From Terriglobia bacterium (GTDB lineage Bacteria > Acidobacteriota > Terriglobia > 20CM-2-55-15), in contig CAXWPJ010000009.1 in NCBI GenBank assembly GCA_963664115.2, forward strand, positions 864,001-928,000: a stretch of 64,000 nt of DNA, given 5' to 3'. Position 1 is the first letter of the stretch. Each line of letters starts with the position of its first letter. A model generated the notes under the pieces. The model did no database searches and was not told the DNA's origin. It was given only the letters and a program-made list of their open reading frames with translations. A program made the translations under genes and the position numbers. Of this stretch, positions 28,781 to 39,950 are shown in pieces.

Positions 28781-31561
28781 GCACAGGCGTACTCAGCCGC
28801 AGGAAGAGTCCACGATACTCGGCTTGCGTTACCTCGAAGTGACGACGACCATCGTCCGACTCGGGATTCTATGCGCGGATTATTTGCCATAAGAGGCAGC
28901 ATCCTTTTGGACCTTTGCGAATATGGCCGCGCATTCAAAGTCTTACAAAGGGAAAAGCAACAGGACGCGTATTCGGCATCTGCCTTTAACAACATGGCAA
29001 TTTGCCTTGAACACCTCGGAGATCTTGTAGGGGCGTGTCGCTACGAAAACCAGGCACTGACTCTCGCACGCCAACTGGGTCTGTTGTTCGGGGAAATTCT
29101 TTCCCTCGCGAACGTTGGTGCTTTCGAGACAAAAAAAGGCGATCTGCGTAAAGCTAATTCCTTTTTCCAGGAAGCTGATCGATTTTGCAACGCCTTGCGA
29201 ATTTATCGCGGCGGCAACAGAACAAACCACCCTCTGCTTGCGGCGGATCAGGCTATTCTGCAAACAATACTGGGTGAATATGTCGCAGCTCAACGGCACG
29301 TAAGATCATCCCTCAAGAGACTTAAATCGGACTCAACGAGTCAGAATGCGATCTGGATCGCTCTCAAAGTGGCCGAGTTTTATTGCCGGTTAGGCGAAAC
29401 CACTAAAGCCCGCAAGGCCCTGAACCGGGTTCGAGACAGCGAGCTTTATCAGACGGAATTTTTCAAGGTAGAGCACGTGTTGGCAATGTGCCAGATTGGA
29501 GACACACCCAGTTCAGGTAGTCTCAGCAATCTTGATGCGGCTCTGGAGATAACGCAAAAACTGGGCACCCTTTATCAAAAGTGTCGCGTTTTGATCGAGT
29601 TGGCGGCCGCGCACATCGCGACAAAGCAATTCAGAAAAGCGCGAGCCTACCTTATTGAGGCACAAAAACTCGCGAACGAACGCCACTACGGCATCCTGCG
29701 TCCCCGCGTAGCCCTCCTTCGAGCGTTCGCGACAGAACGCGCAAAGAGCAGGGAACATTACTTGGACAATGCATATCGACTGGCATCCGAACTCCCGTTT
29801 CCGGAACTTGTTGCCGAGTCTTCTTTCCACCTGGCGGGCCATCATCTGGGAACGGGCGACCTGACCAAGGCGCGCGAGTACGTCTCGACTAGCGTCCGTA
29901 CTATAGACACTTTGACTGCCCAGGTCCCGACAGGCTCGAGGAAGCGTTACCTGAAGTTGAAATGGCGTGTTGAAGCACGGGCGATGCTTGCGGAAATCAA
30001 CAACCAGCTTCAGCAAACTGACGCTGAGAGGACTAAAACCACTATGACCCCACCAGTCGGTCCGTCGAACAAGACCTTATACACCACCACCATGGCGGTT
30101 GCGACCGCAAAGGACTCCAATGCTTTGGCTGACATAGTCAGCACAATGCTCTCCCGGGCCCTGAAATGCAGGGTTGTAGTTTGTCTTACCGTTAACGAGG
30201 TTGTGGAATTTCACGCTACAAGGGTTTCGGTCGACGAAGCTCTGAGCCGGAAAATATCGAAACTCTGTGATAGAGAACGTGAGCAACCTTACTACGGCAC
30301 CGAATTCTCAGACGGTGAGCAAACTTCCACTTCTGTCAGAACGACGGCATGGGTGCCGCTGACTGCTCGAAACAATCGATTTGGCGGGATCTATATAGAC
30401 CTGGGCTCCCGACGTTTTTTGGAAGCCGAGATGGAGTTCCTCACCACGATTGGAGTAGTCGCATCTCACGTTTTAGCGACCATTCTATGGTCGTCGATCA
30501 AGTCCGAACGTCCTGACAGGAAATTGGTGTTCGAAAACATCATCGGACGATCCCAAGGAATCCAGGAAGTGTGTTCCCAGATCGGAATGGCAGCCACGAG
30601 CAATGCCACGGTACTCATCGAAGGAGAGAGTGGGACTGGAAAGGAACTTGTCGCACGCGCAATTCATAAAAACAGCAGTCGTTCACAGGCACCTCTAATA
30701 ACAGTAGATTGCGGCGCTATCCCCGACACACTGATCGAAAGTGAACTGTTTGGAAGCCGGCGTGGTTCGTTTACTGGCGCTACAACTGACCGAACCGGAT
30801 TGATCGAAGCCGCACACAAAGGGTCTCTTTTTCTCGACGAAATTTCAAACACCAGTCCAAGTCTTCAAATCCGCCTGTTACGGGTGCTCCAGGAAAAAGA
30901 AGTCCGTCGGATAGGTGATGCAAAAGGCCGGGCCGTTGACGTGCGGTTGATAGCAGCGACCAACTCGAACCTGGAATTGTTGGTCGAAAATGGTCAGTTT
31001 CGTCAGGATCTCTTTTACCGACTAAACGTATTGCATATCACCATACCACCCCTCCGAAAACGCAAGGAAGACATTCCTGACATAGCGCAATCGTTACTGG
31101 AACGATTGAACGAAGCCAACAAAACACGGAAGCGATTTAGCACTGCAGCACTGGAACAGCTTACGACAGGGCACTATCGTGGAAACGTCCGCGAGCTTCA
31201 GAATATGGTTGAACGTGCCTACTTGCTTGCTGCGGAGAGCAACACAATCAAGCAGGTGGCAGTGAATTCCGCTAGTGCGGAGCAAAAGCCAGACGAAGTT
31301 CGTCGTTGGTTTAAGGATTTACGGGAAGGGCGGACAGATTTCTGGTCTGCCGTCCACGGTCGGTATAAGAAACGCGACATATCGCGGGAGAAAGTAATTG
31401 CGCTGATGGATCTGGGACTCCGCGAAACTCGCGGGTCCTACATATCCGTCGCCAGGCTTTTTCACCTGGAGGAAAATGAATACAGACGTTTCATGGATTT
31501 TCTCAGGCGAAACCACTGCAAGCCGGACTTCCGGCCTTACCGGCGGTTGCGTCTCGAGTAG
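28781..31561 (+). pseudogene. TPR + GAF-like + sigma54 AAA+ activator, 5'-truncated by IS630
   Basis: Frame is open back to the IS junction; [28 protein letters not shown]. Confidence 0.75.
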
Positions 31562-31666
31562 AGCGCGCCTCTCAGCCGGCATATGGACGTATACCGGAAA
31601 ACCGGACATCATTGACGAATCCTCGTGTCCGGCCGCCCACCTTAAACCCCATGCTACTATCCCCTC

Positions 31667-32335
31667 ATGCCGCCCCTCGTCCGACTTTCCTCTGTTCGAA
31701 AGGTATATGACGCGGATGGGGAGCCTGTCGTCGCGTTGAGAAATGTGTCTTTGTCGGTCGATGCGGGTGAGTTCCTCGCTCTGATGGGACCGAGCGGGTG
31801 CGGCAAATCGACGCTGCTTCACATTATCGGTGCGATGGATCGGCCTACGGAAGGTGAGGCCTGGATCGAAGACATGCCGATCCATCAATTGCCTGAAGAA
31901 GATCTGACACTCGTCCGGAGAAATCGGGTTGGGTTCGTCTTCCAGTTTTTCCATCTCCTGCCGACGATGACCGTGGAAGAAAACGTCGCGTTGCCCCTGT
32001 TGCTGGCCAACGGGGGTGGGGTGGATCACGCGCGGGTGGCAGCCATTCTGGAGACGGTGGGTTTGGAAGACCGGCGTCGTGCCCGTCCGAGCCAGCTCTC
32101 CGGTGGCGAACTGCAACGGGCGGCCCTGGCACGGGCGGTTGTTCACAGACCACCACTGGTTGTCGCCGACGAACCGACAGGGAACCTGGACTCTGAAAAC
32201 GGGCGGATCGTGCTGGAGCTGCTCGGCAATCTTGCCACCGAAGGCACCTCTATCGTCATGGCCACGCACAGCGACACTGCGGCAAAGTACGCAACACGCA
32301 CGCTCCGGTTAGATGACGGGCAATTGGAAGGATGA
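31667..32335 (+). CDS. ABC transporter ATP-binding protein (LolD/MacB-like)
   Basis: [23 protein letters not shown]. Confidence 0.93.
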   Translation: MPPLVRLSSVRKVYDADGEPVVALRNVSLSVDAGEFLALMGPSGCGKSTLLHIIGAMDRPTEGEAWIEDMPIHQLPEEDLTLVRRNRVGFVFQFFHLLPTMTVEENVALPLLLANGGGVDHARVAAILETVGLEDRRRARPSQLSGGELQRAALARAVVHRPPLVVADEPTGNLDSENGRIVLELLGNLATEGTSIVMATHSDTAAKYATRTLRLDDGQLEG

Positions 32336-34962
32336 GACCTATGCTTTCCTTTCTCCGTCTTTTCCACAGAATCATCATCAAAGACACGCTCCAGAATCGC
32401 CTCCGGACATTGCTGACGCTGACCGGGGTGGCCCTGGGAATTGCGGTCGTCGTGGGCGTACATCTGGCCAATGAACGTGCGGTTGATTCGTTCAACGACA
32501 GCCTCGCGATAATGAACGGGCAGGCCGATTTGCAGATCTCCGCCAACGGTCTGGATCTGGACGAGACGCTGATCGGGGAACTGGCCTGGGTGTGGGACGT
32601 GGGCGTCATGGCGGCAATCGTCGAAGGGCGATTGGATGTGAACATTCCACAGAACCAGCCAAACCGCAGCCCGTTTGACCGGCAGTCGGTGCGGCTGTTC
32701 GGCATTGACCTTCTCTCGGACGCGCCGTTTCGGACCTACCTGCTCGAAGAAGACTCCGACGCAGACAAAAGCGAACTGGGCATGGATATCACGCGGGACG
32801 ATTTTATCGATCTCCTGGTGGTACCCAATGCGGTGATCCTGCCCGCAGCTCTGGCCGATCAGCTTGCGGTCGGGGTGGGCGACACGGTCCGCTTTCTGGT
32901 CTCGAACCGACTTCATGATCTCGTCGTCGGAGCCGTCTTGACGGATGCGGGAATTGCACGCGCTTTCGACGGGAAAATCGTCTTCATGGATATCGCGGCC
33001 GCCCAGTGGACTCTGAATCGTGTCGGCAGGATCGACCGGATCGAGGTTCTCCTGGACGACCCGTCGATGGCGGATGCGGTAGCAGCGCGGATGCGGGTCC
33101 AACTTCCCGAGTCGGTTGTCGTCTACCGCCCCGAAGATACCCGGGCTGAGACCGAACGGATGACCCGTGCCTTCCGTTACAATCTCCGGGCACTGAGCTA
33201 CATCGCACTCATCGTCGGCATGATCCTGATATACAACACGCTGAACATCGCTGTTGTCCGGCGCCGGAACGAAATCGGAGCGCTCCGGACGCTGGGCACG
33301 TCGCGGGCGACGATCAAATGGATGTTCCTTATCGAGGCGACCTTGTTCGGCGTTGTGGGTGCCGGCCTTGGCATTTGGCTCGGAGAACTTCTGGCCCGCG
33401 TGTCCGGAGCGCTGGTTTCCGAAACCATGTCCATGCTCTACACCGGAACATCGGTGACATCGGCGTCGGGGAGCATGGACTGGGCCTTCTATATTGAAAT
33501 GCTCGCGCTCGGAGGCATCCTCGCAGCAGCTTCGGGCGCAGGCCCCGCGTTGCGGGCCACAAACATATCGCCAGTCGAAACCTTACGGAAACCCGCTTCC
33601 CGAATAACGCCACGGTCAGTGACTCTGGGCGGTGGCGCCGCCATGGTCCTGGGAATCGCTTTGAGCTTTGCCCCCGCCGTCGGAGGCTTTCCGTTTCTGG
33701 GCTATGTCGCCGGTGTTTGCTTTATTGCCGGGTTCGCTTTGCTTTCGCCTCTCCTGGCGAGCGCCTTGCTCGGCGCGAGCCGGGGCATCGTCACGCGCGC
33801 GATGCCTGCAGAAGGACGTCTGGCCATACAGACCATCGAAGGGAGTCTGGGCCGCGTCGTCGTGGCGGTGATGTCGCTGGCGATTGCGGTGGCCATGCTT
33901 TCGAGCGTCGCGATCATGGTGGCCAGTTTCCGGGACACGGTTGTGGTGTGGGTGGATCAGACGCTGGAGGGTGATCTTTACCTGCGACCTGCGGCCTCGG
34001 GTGGGGACGGTGGACGCAACGTGCTCGAAACCGCAACGGTTGAAGCGTTGTCCTCCGTTGCTGGGATTGCCGCCATCGACCGCTTCCGCGCCATCGGCAT
34101 CGAATACGACGGGTTCCCTGCAGTGCTGGGGGCAGGTGAGTTCCGCACGCTCGGGGATCACAGCCGCTTGCTCTTCATGGACGGACGGGCGACTTCGGAC
34201 GTGGCCGCCCGGCTTGTCGGCGAAGACCGGGTTGTGGTTTCTGAGCCGTTCTCAGTGCGCCACGGTATTCGAGAAGGCGACACGATTCGCTTGCCGACTC
34301 CGTCCGGGATGCAGCCCTTCGAAGTGGAGTCGGTCTTCTATGACTATTCGACCGAAGGCGGTCTGGTCATGATGGATCGGAGCACGTACATTTCAAACTT
34401 TGACGACCGCGCCGTCAGCAACGTGGCCGTTTATCTGGAACCGGGCGTGGATGCCGATGTGGTGCGGGCCGATATTGCAGCGCGTCTCCCGGGCGTCCAA
34501 CTGCGGATCGCCACTAACGGGGAATTGCGGGGCCAGGTGTTGCGCGTCTTCGATCAGACGTTTCAGGTCACCTATGCCCTGGAACTGATCGCGCTGGCTG
34601 TGGCCATGCTGGGCATCGCCAACACGCTGGCGGCATTGATTATCGAAAGACGCCCGGAACTGGCGATGCTGCGCTTTATCGGGGCGGCACGCTCGCAGAT
34701 TCGCCGCATCATCGTTCTGGAATCGGGATTGATCGGCGTCCTCGGCGCAGTGATCGGACTCGGATTGGGCGTGGTGCTTTCGCTGCTTCTGGTTTACGTC
34801 ATCAACTTCCAATCCTTCGGTTGGACGATACAGTTCACGATGCCCGTAGGTTTCCTTGCGCAGTCCCTGGTTGTGGTACTGCTGGCAACAATCGTGGCCG
34901 GACTCTACCCGGCGTCTCTGGCTTTGAGGATGGACCCGATCGAAGGAATACGGGCCGAGTGA
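32332..34962 (+). CDS. ABC permease, duplicated FtsX/MacB type
   Basis: Two permease halves (RRRNEIGALRTLG; RRPELAMLRFIG), INFQSFGWT. Confidence 0.9.
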   Translation: MRPMLSFLRLFHRIIIKDTLQNRLRTLLTLTGVALGIAVVVGVHLANERAVDSFNDSLAIMNGQADLQISANGLDLDETLIGELAWVWDVGVMAAIVEGRLDVNIPQNQPNRSPFDRQSVRLFGIDLLSDAPFRTYLLEEDSDADKSELGMDITRDDFIDLLVVPNAVILPAALADQLAVGVGDTVRFLVSNRLHDLVVGAVLTDAGIARAFDGKIVFMDIAAAQWTLNRVGRIDRIEVLLDDPSMADAVAARMRVQLPESVVVYRPEDTRAETERMTRAFRYNLRALSYIALIVGMILIYNTLNIAVVRRRNEIGALRTLGTSRATIKWMFLIEATLFGVVGAGLGIWLGELLARVSGALVSETMSMLYTGTSVTSASGSMDWAFYIEMLALGGILAAASGAGPALRATNISPVETLRKPASRITPRSVTLGGGAAMVLGIALSFAPAVGGFPFLGYVAGVCFIAGFALLSPLLASALLGASRGIVTRAMPAEGRLAIQTIEGSLGRVVVAVMSLAIAVAMLSSVAIMVASFRDTVVVWVDQTLEGDLYLRPAASGGDGGRNVLETATVEALSSVAGIAAIDRFRAIGIEYDGFPAVLGAGEFRTLGDHSRLLFMDGRATSDVAARLVGEDRVVVSEPFSVRHGIREGDTIRLPTPSGMQPFEVESVFYDYSTEGGLVMMDRSTYISNFDDRAVSNVAVYLEPGVDADVVRADIAARLPGVQLRIATNGELRGQVLRVFDQTFQVTYALELIALAVAMLGIANTLAALIIERRPELAMLRFIGAARSQIRRIIVLESGLIGVLGAVIGLGLGVVLSLLLVYVINFQSFGWTIQFTMPVGFLAQSLVVVLLATIVAGLYPASLALRMDPIEGIRAE

Positions 34963-36089
34963 TGGATCACCGGCGACCAACCATTCTGACGCTAGCGGCG
35001 CTTATCGCTTTTTTGGCGGGCTCCGCCACAGCGCAGGCACCGGCACAGGTGGAAGTGTTTGAACCCGAGTACCTGCTTGCGGTTCCCGGTTACGAATTTG
35101 CGTTTCCGAGGGACCATGGCGCGCACCCCGACTACAAACTCGAATGGTGGTACTACACCGGGCACCTGGAGGCGGAAGACGGGCGCAGCTTCGGTTACGA
35201 GTTGACGTTTTTCCGGATCGGCATGGACAGACGCGCGGTCAACCCTTCGGCCTGGTCCGTGGACGATCTACACGTGGCACATTTCGCGTTGAGCCGGCTG
35301 TCGGAAGAAACATTCCAATATTGGGAACGTGTGAATCGAGCCGGACCCGGCATTGCGCACACCCGCACAGACACCCTAGACGTGCAGAACGAGAGCTGGA
35401 CGGCCAGGCTCGAAGACGGGGTCATGCATCTGCGGGCGTATGCCGAAGGCATCTTGCTCGAACTTGAGCTTCAACCGGACAAGGGCCCTGTTATCCATGG
35501 CAACGGTGTGAGTCAGAAGGCCGACGGCGTAGGTCAGGCCTCACATTACTATTCGATGACGCGAATGCGGACCGAAGGATTACTTTCGATTGACGGCCGT
35601 GCGGTCAGCGTATCCGGGGAAAGCTGGATGGATCACGAATTCGGGACCAACCAGCTGGCTCCCGATCAAGTGGGATGGGACTGGTTCAGCCTGCAGTTGG
35701 ACAACGGCGAGGAACTCATGCTCTACCAGTTGCGCTACACCGACGGCACGATCGACCCGAATTCAAGCGGGACCATGGTCTCTGCTGACGGCGAAAGCGA
35801 ACACCTCGAACGGGATCAGTTCACGGTTCGATCTCTCCGCGACTGGGCGAGTCCAAAGAGCGAAGCCGTTTACCGCCTGGATTGGGAGCTGACGTTGCCT
35901 GGACATAACACGGCCTTGCGGGTGATTCCTTTGATGGACGACCAGGAACTCTACACCGTGCGCTCCACCGGAATCGCTTACTGGGAAGGTGCGGTCCGCG
36001 TTGAAGGCGTATGGAAAGGCCAAGCGGTCACCGGCCGGGGTTATGTTGAACTGACCGGCTACTCGACCCGGTACCGGCCCAGCGTATGA
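34962..36089 (+). CDS. AttH/CrtC-like lipocalin-fold secreted protein
   Basis: FPRDHGAHP..LEWWY.TG, SWMDHEF, GWDWFSLQL, YWEG, GYVELTGY. Confidence 0.87.
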   Translation: MDHRRPTILTLAALIAFLAGSATAQAPAQVEVFEPEYLLAVPGYEFAFPRDHGAHPDYKLEWWYYTGHLEAEDGRSFGYELTFFRIGMDRRAVNPSAWSVDDLHVAHFALSRLSEETFQYWERVNRAGPGIAHTRTDTLDVQNESWTARLEDGVMHLRAYAEGILLELELQPDKGPVIHGNGVSQKADGVGQASHYYSMTRMRTEGLLSIDGRAVSVSGESWMDHEFGTNQLAPDQVGWDWFSLQLDNGEELMLYQLRYTDGTIDPNSSGTMVSADGESEHLERDQFTVRSLRDWASPKSEAVYRLDWELTLPGHNTALRVIPLMDDQELYTVRSTGIAYWEGAVRVEGVWKGQAVTGRGYVELTGYSTRYRPSV

Positions 36090-36484
36090 CGGCGCCTCCC
36101 ACCGTCACAGTCGTCGCCGCCATCATCCGCCGCCACGGCCATCTGCTTCTGACCCAGCGCCCGGAAGGTGTCCACCTTGCAGGGCAGTGGGAGTTTCCCG
36201 GGGGGAAAGTGGAGCCAGGCGAGTCGCACGAAGTGGCCCTACGGAGAGAAATCGCCGAAGAACTCGGAATAACTATCGAAGCCGGTCCACTATATATGGC
36301 GAGCGCGCATCAATATCCCGAACGTGCGGTCCATCTTCATTTCTTCGAATGCCGGATCCTCGAAGGCGAGCCTGATCCTCGTAGCGCCACGGTGCTGGGG
36401 TGGTTCAAGCCGGAAGAACTCAGTGGACTGGATGTACCGGAAGCGAACGGTGAACTGGTGGCAAAACTGCAGTCGGAGGAATGA
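36086..36484 (+). CDS. MutT/NudG-like NUDIX hydrolase
   Basis: WEFPGGKVEPGES...ALRREIAEELG. Confidence 0.9.
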   Translation: MTAPPTVTVVAAIIRRHGHLLLTQRPEGVHLAGQWEFPGGKVEPGESHEVALRREIAEELGITIEAGPLYMASAHQYPERAVHLHFFECRILEGEPDPRSATVLGWFKPEELSGLDVPEANGELVAKLQSEE

Positions 36485-36623
36485 AGATGCTCCTGAGGCG
36501 ACGCAATGTTCTTGTTTGGTAGTTTCCGGTAAAAGATTTCGCTCGGTCGTTCAGAGTAAGAAGATGATCCGCGGGGGCCAACAACAAGCTGTTAATCACC
36601 CAATATCCAACTCCGATACCTAG

Positions 36624-36917
36624 TGACCTGTACCTCCCAAATCGGGACCAGCGCCGATGGGTCTTGCCGGGGAGATCGAGGCGCGAGACGGAAGTCGATG
36701 TCTTCACATCGACGACGGCTCGTAACGAAGATATCGCCGGCAACCCCCATCGGCCCAGAGGGTTCGTGCGAAACGGCATTGTCTTCGTCGTCGTCAGCTC
36801 CTCGCAATAATAGGAGTATTTACTCGTCGCCGTGACATCGAGTCGTCGCCAAGTCGTCGCCTGGAATCCAACGCCGTTTGGCCCGAACGCCGGTCCCGAT
36901 TTGGGTGGTACAGGCCA
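36624..36917. mobile_element. MITE-like element (294 bp) flanked by CTAG
   Basis: TIR tgacctgtacctcccaaatcgggaccagcg / cgccggtcccgatttgggtggtacaggcca (3 mismatches in 30 bp); no ORF; CTAG at 36620 and 36918. Confidence 0.8.
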
Positions 36918-36921
36918 CTAG

Positions 36922-38770
36922 TCCCTGAACAAGCGTGATTGACGAGGAAATGATAGTGCAATAAGAGCGGAAGTACCCGAAATGCCCCCTCTCCGTGCGA
37001 AAAAAACCTTGAACAGATTCTTCGGAAAAGGAGGCATTTCAGATGAACGATTATACGCGCAAGAACATGAGGAACCGCAAGCGGCGAATCGAACGTCGGC
37101 TTGGGGACCGGCATTGGACGGATCAGGTAGAGCCGATGTTTTCGGCGAGCAACATTCAGTACGAGATGGGAGAGCGGACGCGGGGCACATCGGTTGGTGG
37201 TATCGGGACGATGCAACTGGTGGCGCGGCGGACCGGGCTGATCGAAGCCATCGACAAGGGCGTGCATGTGTTGAAGCGGCACCTGCCGTATCACGAGTCG
37301 GATCACGTGCTGAACATCGCCTACAACGCCTTGAGCGGAGGAACGTGCCTGGAAGACATCGAACTGCGGCGCAACGATGCGGTGTATCTGGATGCGCTGG
37401 GAGCGCAACGGATTCCGGATCCGACGACGGCGGGAGACTTCTGCCGGAGATTCGAGGCCGACGACGTGGAGTGTCTGATGGAGGCAACCAATCAAGTCCG
37501 GCTCGGAGTCTGGCGACAGCAACCGGCGGCGTTTTTCGAAGAAGCGGTGTTGGACGCGGACGGGACACTGGCCGAAACCACGGGGGAATGCAAGCAAGGG
37601 ATGGACGTGGCCTACGACGGGACGTGGGGATATCACCCGCTGATGATCTCGCTGGCCAACACCGCCGAACCGCTGTATCTGGTCAATCGTAGCGGCAACC
37701 GGCCGTCGCATGAAGGAGCCGCGGTCCGGTTCGACCAAGCCATCGCATTGTGCCGGCATGCGGGGTTTCGCCAGATCCTGCTGCGCGGGGACACGGACTT
37801 CAGCCAGACCCGGCATCTGGACGGATGGGACGACCAGCAGGTGGGTTTCATATTCGGGATTGACGCGATGGCGAACCTGAAGGCCCGGGCCGATGAACTG
37901 GAGCCGCGCCAGTGGAAGCGCCTGGAACGGCCCGCGAAATACGACGTGGCGACCGAACCGCGCCAACGTCCCGACAACGTGAAGGAAGAGATCGTTCGGC
38001 AGCGCGGTTTCGACAATATCCGCTTGCAGGGTGAGGATGTGGCCGAGTTTCGGTATCGACCCGGAGCCTGCGATCGGGACTACCGTGTCGTCGTGGTGCG
38101 GAAGAATCTGTCGGTGGCCAAAGGAGAGCAGGTGTTGTTTGACGACATCCGGTACTTCTTCTACATTACCAACCGTTCGGATCCGGCCGACCAGATTGTG
38201 ATGCGTGCCAATCAACGGTGCAATCAGGAGAATCTCATTGAGCAGTTGAAGAACGGCGTTCAGGCGTTGCGGATGCCGGTCGGAGATCAGACCAGCAACT
38301 GGGCCTACATGGTGATCGCGTCACTGGCCTGGACACTGAAAGCGTGGTTTGCATTGCTGCTTCCCGAAACCGGACGTTGGGGCCAAAAATATCAGGCTGA
38401 GAAGCAAACCGTGCTGCGCATGGAGTTCAAAACCTTCTTGAACGCTTTCATGCTTGTGCCGTGCCAACTCGTGCGCACCGGGCGGCGCATTCTGTTCCGG
38501 ATCCTGGCCTGGAACCGGTGGTTGCCGGTCTTGTTCCGCGGGGTGGATGTGTTGCGTCAGCCTCTGCGATGTTGACCCGATCATGACTCTGAGCCCGGGC
38601 GATCGAGGTCCCGGTTTCTGTCAACCGTCCAACACCAGCGAGGCTGAACTGAAACAGATTCAACAGAAACTCGATACCTGGAACAGGCCATCCGGGAACG
38701 GGATTCTATGCCTCGAATTCTATCGGCGCGAACTGGGCCTCGGCGGACTGGTTATGCGCTTGTTTTGGGA
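36922..38770 (+). mobile_element. IS1380-family copy 1 (1849 bp)
   Basis: TIR ccctgaacaagcg / cgcttgttttggg; CTAG on both sides. Confidence 0.9.
37043..38575 (+). CDS. IS1380-family DDE transposase
   Basis: LDADGT, GYHPL, LRGDTDF, RCNQENLIEQLK. Confidence 0.9.
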   Translation: MNDYTRKNMRNRKRRIERRLGDRHWTDQVEPMFSASNIQYEMGERTRGTSVGGIGTMQLVARRTGLIEAIDKGVHVLKRHLPYHESDHVLNIAYNALSGGTCLEDIELRRNDAVYLDALGAQRIPDPTTAGDFCRRFEADDVECLMEATNQVRLGVWRQQPAAFFEEAVLDADGTLAETTGECKQGMDVAYDGTWGYHPLMISLANTAEPLYLVNRSGNRPSHEGAAVRFDQAIALCRHAGFRQILLRGDTDFSQTRHLDGWDDQQVGFIFGIDAMANLKARADELEPRQWKRLERPAKYDVATEPRQRPDNVKEEIVRQRGFDNIRLQGEDVAEFRYRPGACDRDYRVVVVRKNLSVAKGEQVLFDDIRYFFYITNRSDPADQIVMRANQRCNQENLIEQLKNGVQALRMPVGDQTSNWAYMVIASLAWTLKAWFALLLPETGRWGQKYQAEKQTVLRMEFKTFLNAFMLVPCQLVRTGRRILFRILAWNRWLPVLFRGVDVLRQPLRC

Positions 38771-39162
38771 CTAGCCGCTCGCACCCTGCCAGATAGGTTG
38801 CCTACGTGCGAAATTCTTTTGGACATTTCAAGCGTTGATTGACTGTGAGTCGTTCCGAACACTCAGAAGCTACGTTTAGCCGGTCGGTTCGTCATTCGGA
38901 TGTTGCGAGCACCTTCCTTCGTGACACGGAAAGAGGTCGCGGCGACCAGGTCAAACGGGGCTCCAGTTGACAATACCCCTGACAAGGAACAGCATAGACA
39001 CACGATGATCAGAAGAGGCCGCCCCCTTTCCAGCCATGGGCGTCCGATCCCGTGGGGGCTTCGCGGCCCTGAATAACGAACAACATCCTGATGAAGTTCG
39101 GCGTCATACGAACAGGTATTTGCTCGACTCTTCCGGGCCCAACCGAATAAGGAGAGTCGAGC

Positions 39163-39936
39163 ATGACTGAGTCTCATCCCGTAACCACAGCGCTTCTGTT
39201 AGCTGCGGGCACGGGAACCCGTCTCCGACCAGTAACCGCGGACGCTCCGAAATGTCTGACCGAGATCGCGGGGCGATCCATCCTCGGGCGAGTGGTGGAC
39301 AATCTGCGTGCACAGAAGATCGAGCGGCTGGTGGTGGTGATCGGGCACCACGGCGCTCGTATCCGTGAATTCCTACGCCACAGCACCGGTAGCATGCGGA
39401 TCGACTACGTATTCAATCCAGAGTACCGGACAACCAATAATATCTACTCTCTCTGGTTGGCCCGGCAGCAGGTCCGCGAGTCATTCCTGTTGATGGAGAG
39501 CGATCTGGTGTTCGATGCCTCGATGCTGACGGACATGCTCCGCCCTGACAAGATCGCAATTTCGAACATCCTTCCATGGATGAACGGAACGACGGTGGGC
39601 CTTGACGGAGCCCGAAAGCGGGTCACGAGTTTCCACGTCGGGCCCAGACCGTGTGATGGGCCGCGCTATAAGACGGTAAACCTCTACAGCCTGTCGTTGA
39701 AGACCTGGGTTTCTGTCGAGAAACGGTTGAGCCGCTATATTTCGGAAGGGAGACTCGGTGAGTATTATGAGGCTGTGTTTGCCGATATGGTTGCCGACGA
39801 CTCGCTCCGCTTCGATGCCGTCTTCTTTAATGAGGATCGGTGGTATGAAATCGATACGCTGACGGACCTAGACAAAGCGGATCAGATGTTTCGCCGGTCC
39901 CGGCCTATCCCCAGATCGCTCTCTGTTGGCTACTGA
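39163..39936 (+). CDS. LicC/PntC-like phosphocholine cytidylyltransferase family protein
   Basis: LLAAGTGTRL...PKCL, NPEYRTTNNIYSLW, ESDLVF, WYEIDT..DL. Confidence 0.82.
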   Translation: MTESHPVTTALLLAAGTGTRLRPVTADAPKCLTEIAGRSILGRVVDNLRAQKIERLVVVIGHHGARIREFLRHSTGSMRIDYVFNPEYRTTNNIYSLWLARQQVRESFLLMESDLVFDASMLTDMLRPDKIAISNILPWMNGTTVGLDGARKRVTSFHVGPRPCDGPRYKTVNLYSLSLKTWVSVEKRLSRYISEGRLGEYYEAVFADMVADDSLRFDAVFFNEDRWYEIDTLTDLDKADQMFRRSRPIPRSLSVGY

Positions 39937-39950
39937 ACGGGTTTCTACGC

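Noticed and set aside
31319-33102. Minus-strand ORFs 31319-32269 and 32143-33102
   Set aside because: Shadows of the well-supported ABC transporter genes.
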